From an uncultured delta proteobacterium (GTDB lineage Bacteria; Myxococcota_A; UBA9160; UBA4427): a stretch of 64,000 nucleotides of DNA. Of this stretch, positions 59,726 through 64,000 are shown one piece after another (the first letter of the stretch is position 1; every line of letters begins with the position of its first letter). Both the position numbers and the translations under genes were made by a program. The notes beneath the pieces are model-generated. The model saw nothing but the letters and a program-made list of their open reading frames with translations, searched no databases and was not told the DNA's origin. The stretch covers positions 480,001 to 544,000 of the forward strand of contig CAWGJT010000005.1 of the NCBI GenBank assembly GCA_963822965.1, in the 5' to 3' direction.

Positions 59726-60955
59726 CTAGATCCGCTCGATGATCGTCGCCGTCCCCATCCCGCCGCCGGTGCACATGGCGACGAGCCCCGTCTGCTTGTC
59801 CTGGCGTTCCATCTCGTCGAGCACCGTCTGGATCAGCATCGGACCGGTGCCGCCGATCGGATGGCCCAGGGCGATGGCACCGCCGTTCACGTTCACCTTG
59901 TCGGGATCGACCTTCGTGTCCTTCAGGAACTTCAGCACCACGGCCGCGAAGGCCTCGTTCACCTCGAAGAGGTCGATGTCGCCGAACGTCATCTTCGCGC
60001 GCTTCAGGCACTGCTCGGCGGCCGGGCCGGGGGCCGTCAGCATGATGACGGGCTCGGTTCCGGCGGTCGCGGTCATCACGACCCGGGCGCGCGGCTTGAG
60101 CCCATGAGCCTTCGCGTACTCGGGCGACGCCAGCAGGATCGCCGAAGCGCCGTCGACCACGCCCGACGAGTTGCCGGCGTGGTGGACGTGGTCCACCCGG
60201 GTCACCTGCGGGTACACGTCCTTGCAGTAGTCGTCGAAGGACTTCTCGTAGCCCTTCATCACCGTGGTGCCCAGCTGCTCGAACGAAGCCGGAAGACCGC
60301 CCAGCATGTCGAGGGTGGTGCCGGGGCGCGGGTGCTCGTCGCGGTCGAGGGCCAGGCTGCCGTCGTCGTTGCGGATGGGGACGATGCTGCGGTCGAAGCG
60401 CTTGTCGGCGACGGCGGCCGCGGCTCGATCCTGACTGCGCACCGCGTAGCCGTCGCAGTCCTCCCGCGAGAAGCCTTCCAGGGTGGCGATGAGGTCGGCG
60501 GAGATGCCCTGGGGCACCTGGGGATGCTGCTTGAAGAGGTGCTCGTTGTTGGCGTGGAAGCCGTGGGCGTGGGTGGGTGCGTAGCGGGACATGGACTCCA
60601 CGCCGCCTCCCACCACCAGGTCCTGGTGACCCGCCATGATGCCCATGGCCGCGAAGGAGACGGCCTGCTGGCCGGAGCCGCAGAAGCGGTTCAGGGTGAC
60701 ACCCGAGGCCGTATCGGGCCAGCCGGCGTCGAGGGCGGACATGCGCGCGATGTCGTTGGCGTGGTCGCCGCTCCCCGCCGCGCAGCCGGCCACCACGTCG
60801 TCCACGTCGGCGGGGTCGAAGCCGACGCGATCCTGCAGGGCCTCGAGCACCTGGGCCATGATGCGCTGGGGATGGATGTGCGCCAGGCCGCCCTTGCCGG
60901 GCTTGCCGCGGCCGCGGGGCGAGCGGACGCCGTCGATGATCCAGGCTTCGGCCAT
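59726..60955 (-). CDS. Acetyl-CoA C-acyltransferase (thiolase)
   Basis: TLNRFCGSG, GGVESMS, NEAFA, NGGAIALGHPIGGTG, CTGGGMG. Confidence 0.93.
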   Translation of the reverse strand: MAEAWIIDGVRSPRGRGKPGKGGLAHIHPQRIMAQVLEALQDRVGFDPADVDDVVAGCAAGSGDHANDIARMSALDAGWPDTASGVTLNRFCGSGQQAVSFAAMGIMAGHQDLVVGGGVESMSRYAPTHAHGFHANNEHLFKQHPQVPQGISADLIATLEGFSREDCDGYAVRSQDRAAAAVADKRFDRSIVPIRNDDGSLALDRDEHPRPGTTLDMLGGLPASFEQLGTTVMKGYEKSFDDYCKDVYPQVTRVDHVHHAGNSSGVVDGASAILLASPEYAKAHGLKPRARVVMTATAGTEPVIMLTAPGPAAEQCLKRAKMTFGDIDLFEVNEAFAAVVLKFLKDTKVDPDKVNVNGGAIALGHPIGGTGPMLIQTVLDEMERQDKQTGLVAMCTGGGMGTATIIERI

Positions 60956-61047
60956 GATGTCGGTCTCCTGTTCGCGCTTCGGGTCGCGCGCGGGTCGAGG
61001 GACCTGCCATGCTAGCAACGGCCGCGGCGGACAGATAGCCTAGGCGC

Positions 61048-61641
61048 ATGATCCCGAAGCCCGGTACCGCCTTCGCCGTCCCCGACGGAGACCCCAGCCG
61101 CCACCTCTCGCTGGCCGAGCTCGAGCGCGGCCTGCTCGCGATGCGCCCGGCACCGCGAGACCAGGGGACCGTCCAGCACCTCTTCGCGCGCCCCGGCTCG
61201 AACGAACGGGTGGCCCTCGAGCGCGCCACGCTCACGGTCGCGGGCGGCATGCCGGGCGATCGCTGGTCGCTCGGGCGTGAAGGCAAGCCGCCGAAGCCCG
61301 CCCAGCAGCTCGCCACCATGCAGGTCGACGTGGCGCGACTCGTGGCCAACGGCCAGCCCACGGCGCTGTTCGGCGACAACCTCTTCCTCGATCTCGACCT
61401 CTCGAGCGGCAACCTGCCCGTAGGAACGCGACTGCGCGTGGGAACGGCGCTCCTCGCGGTGACACCGGAGGAGCACAACGGCTGCCTGAAGTTCAAGGCA
61501 CGCTTCGGCGCCGACGCCCTGCGGCTGGTGGTCCGCAAGGAGACCCGTGCACGCAACCTGCGCGGCATCTACCTCGAGGTGATCGAGGAGGGCGAGGTGG
61601 CCGCCGGCGATCCCGTCGAAGTTCTGCGCGAAGACCGATGA
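61048..61641 (+). CDS. MOSC domain protein
   Basis: GMPGDRW, FGDNL, GTRLRVG, HNGCLKF, RGIYLEVIEEGEVAAGD. Confidence 0.85.
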   Translation: MIPKPGTAFAVPDGDPSRHLSLAELERGLLAMRPAPRDQGTVQHLFARPGSNERVALERATLTVAGGMPGDRWSLGREGKPPKPAQQLATMQVDVARLVANGQPTALFGDNLFLDLDLSSGNLPVGTRLRVGTALLAVTPEEHNGCLKFKARFGADALRLVVRKETRARNLRGIYLEVIEEGEVAAGDPVEVLREDR

Positions 61642-61653
61642 GGTAGGTCCGAG

Positions 61654-63285
61654 ATGGCACCGATCGAGCATCCGGACGTGTGTCGCGAGGCGCTCTCGCC
61701 CGTGCTGCTGCTCGAGCGCAACCTGCACGTCTTCCCGAACCGGGTCGGGGTGATCCACGGCGATCTCCGCTGGACCTACGCGCGCTTCGGCGAGGAGGTG
61801 GGCCGTCTGGCCGGCGCGCTGGAACGAGCGGGCGTCGCCCCCGGCGACCCCGTGGCGGTGCTCTCGCCCAACACGCCCGCGCACCTGGCCGCCCACTTCG
61901 CCCTGCCGCTGCTGCAGGCCCCCCTGGTCTCGATCAACACGCGCCTCGCCGCGGCGGAGATCGCGTACATCCTGGAGCACAGCGGCGCGAAGGTGCTGCT
62001 CGTGGACCCGCAGCTCGCGCCACCGCTGGACGCCGCCCTGCCGGGCATCGCGAGCCTGGAGCAGGTGGTGGAGGTGGCCGACGCGGGCGTCCCCGCGCGC
62101 GACGGCGCCCTCTCCTACGAGCGCTTCGTCGAGGGCGTCACCCCGCTACCCATCCGCTCGCGCCTCGACGCCGCGCCCGAGGGCGAGGACACGGTCCTCT
62201 CCATCAACTACACGTCGGGCACCACGGGGCGGCCGAAGGGCGTCATGTACACCCATCGCGGCGCCTACCTGAACGCCCTGGGCCTGATCGGCACCCTGTC
62301 GCTCACGAAGGACTCCACGTTCCTGTGGACGCTGCCCATGTTCCACTGCAACGGCTGGTGCATGCCCTGGGCGCTCACCGCCGTGGGCGCACGTCACGTC
62401 TGCCTGCGCGGCATCGACCCCCCCGAGATCTTCCGGCAGATCGACGCCCACCAGGTCACGCACTTCAACGGCGCGCCCACGGTGCTGCTGATGCTCTCGG
62501 GGGATCCGGCCGCCGCGGGTCGCCGCTTCGACCCGCCCATCCGGGTGTGCACGGGCGGCGCGCCGCCCTCCCCCACCCTGCTCGCCAAGATGGAGGCCCT
62601 GGGCGTCTCCATCACCCACCTCTACGGGCTCACGGAGACCTATGGGCCCCACGTCTTCTGCGAGATGCAGGACGGGTGGGAGGATCTCCCGACGGAGCAA
62701 CGCGCCGTGATGATGTCCCGCCAGGGCGTGCCCGCCGTGCACGCGACCCACCTGCGCGTGGTGGACGACGAGATGCGGGACGTGCCCGCCGACGCCACCG
62801 CCATGGGCGAGGTGGTGATGCGGGGCAACAACGTGATGCGCGGCTACTACCGCGACCCCGAGGCCACCGCCGCGGCGTTCCGGGGCGGCTGGTTCCACTC
62901 GGGCGACGTAGGCGTGATGCACCCCGACGGCTACATCGAGCTGCGCGACCGCAGCAAGGACATCATCATCTCGGGCGGCGAGAACATCTCCACCATCGAG
63001 GTGGAGAACACCCTCTACCAGCACCCGGACGTGCAGGAGGTCGCGGTGGTAGGGGTTCCACATGAAAAGTGGGGCGAGGTGCCGAAGGCCTTCGTGACCC
63101 CGAAGCCCGGCTGCCACCCGGACGCGGACGCGATCATCGCCTTCGCACGCGAGCGCCTCGCGCACTTCAAGTGCCCGAAGAGCGTCGAGTTCATCGAGCT
63201 GCCGAAGACCGCCACGGGCAAGATCCAGAAGTTCAAGCTGCGCGAGAAGGAGTGGGGGGGCCGGGAGCGCCGCATCCAGGGCTGA
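61654..63285 (+). CDS. Acyl-CoA synthetase (AMP-binding)
   Basis: [55 protein letters not shown]. Confidence 0.92.
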   Translation: MAPIEHPDVCREALSPVLLLERNLHVFPNRVGVIHGDLRWTYARFGEEVGRLAGALERAGVAPGDPVAVLSPNTPAHLAAHFALPLLQAPLVSINTRLAAAEIAYILEHSGAKVLLVDPQLAPPLDAALPGIASLEQVVEVADAGVPARDGALSYERFVEGVTPLPIRSRLDAAPEGEDTVLSINYTSGTTGRPKGVMYTHRGAYLNALGLIGTLSLTKDSTFLWTLPMFHCNGWCMPWALTAVGARHVCLRGIDPPEIFRQIDAHQVTHFNGAPTVLLMLSGDPAAAGRRFDPPIRVCTGGAPPSPTLLAKMEALGVSITHLYGLTETYGPHVFCEMQDGWEDLPTEQRAVMMSRQGVPAVHATHLRVVDDEMRDVPADATAMGEVVMRGNNVMRGYYRDPEATAAAFRGGWFHSGDVGVMHPDGYIELRDRSKDIIISGGENISTIEVENTLYQHPDVQEVAVVGVPHEKWGEVPKAFVTPKPGCHPDADAIIAFARERLAHFKCPKSVEFIELPKTATGKIQKFKLREKEWGGRERRIQG

Positions 63286-63483
63286 GCGCCGGCGAGCTGC
63301 GGGCGTGCGACATCGATGCGTCTCCGCTCCGCGCGCATGGCGTCCTCGATCTGGGAGACGCCATCTGGGTTGCGCTGGCGGGGATCTCGGCCCGCAGGCG
63401 GAGCCGGCCGGGGTCGAGCTCACGCGCACCCGCACCCGGACGCCGTCGGCGGGAGGCCGGCTCACGATCTCGTGGGACCTACA

Positions 63484-63876
63484 TCACCGCCTGGCGCCCA
63501 GACCGGGCCCCGCAGCGGGCTCGAGAGCGCGAATTGCCTGGACCATCCCGTCCCGGTCGTCCGGATGGACCAGGAAGGTTCGTGCCTCGGGCCGCTGGAC
63601 GAGGGCGTTGCACCCGCCCAGGGCGCGGACCACGGCACCGAGTGAAGGGCGTCGCGCGCGAAGGCGGCGCCACTGCGAGTCGCGGGGCATGAGGAGGAAG
63701 CCGGAATCGATCAGGAGGACGGAGGCGCCGCCGTGGCTCCCCACCTCGCGGTCAGCGCCCAGCGCGTCCTCCACACCGCGGACCTCGAATCCTCCCTCCT
63801 TGAGGAAGGCCTCGAGGCCCCGTCCGTCTGCGCGTGAGACCGTGGCAAATAGGACCAGAGTCGGCTGCGGGTTCAT
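63484..63876 (-). CDS. Hypothetical protein, degenerate receiver-domain-like
   Basis: GGAGG SD. LEAFLKEGGFEV...VLLIDS pattern like REC beta1-alpha1-beta3, but the N-terminal acidic pair and the conserved Lys are missing. Confidence 0.5.
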   Translation of the reverse strand: MNPQPTLVLFATVSRADGRGLEAFLKEGGFEVRGVEDALGADREVGSHGGASVLLIDSGFLLMPRDSQWRRLRARRPSLGAVVRALGGCNALVQRPEARTFLVHPDDRDGMVQAIRALEPAAGPGLGARR

Positions 63877-64000
63877 ACAGGGCTTGCCTCCCTGCCGGGG
63901 CGCCGGATCCGGGTGTGGCAGGGCGCCGCAAGCGACCAGAGGATCGAGAAGGGACGGCCCGCCGGTCCATCGGCAGATCCCGGCATTTGCGTATCCGAAT

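Noticed and set aside
57542..59728. Genome-wide TAG reassignment (pyrrolysine or alternative code)
   Set aside because: Many genes end at TAG exactly at their family C-terminus, no internal TAGs interrupt conserved domains, and no pyl genes are seen.
63286..63483. Possible degraded ORF and hairpin (ATGGCGTC...GACGCCAT) after the last acyl-CoA synthetase
   Set aside because: Fragments are short, in different frames and match no family I recognise.

Overview
Very GC-rich (roughly 70-75% by eye) bacterial chromosomal window. The TPR/Ser-Thr kinase, sigma54 promoter and many acyl-CoA and LLM enzymes suggest Myxococcota or a related deltaproteobacterium (inference). About 50 CDS are present: partial asnS, rbgA, a recC-recB-recD-rsgA operon (recB split by a 1-nt frameshift, recC probably CTG-initiated), Fur-boxed bfd-bfr, and a 1577-aa receptor-like TPR Ser/Thr kinase. 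A classical menaquinone operon (menG-F-D-H-B-A-C-E, no menI) is headed by a tandem-HTH MerR regulator, with menH and menB in one reading frame. Also present are fumA, a BadI-like hydrolase, prc, grxD-bolA and assorted catabolic genes. I found no rRNA, tRNA, CRISPR array, prophage or transposase. The most unusual signals are non-coding. Two MITE-like elements with unrelated terminal repeats share a conserved structured ~52-nt core, and both are inserted exactly at stop codons. Short tandem duplications recur at gene ends and junctions. Many genes have leaderless-type promoter architecture. Two TAG stops are followed by in-frame coding-like extensions.
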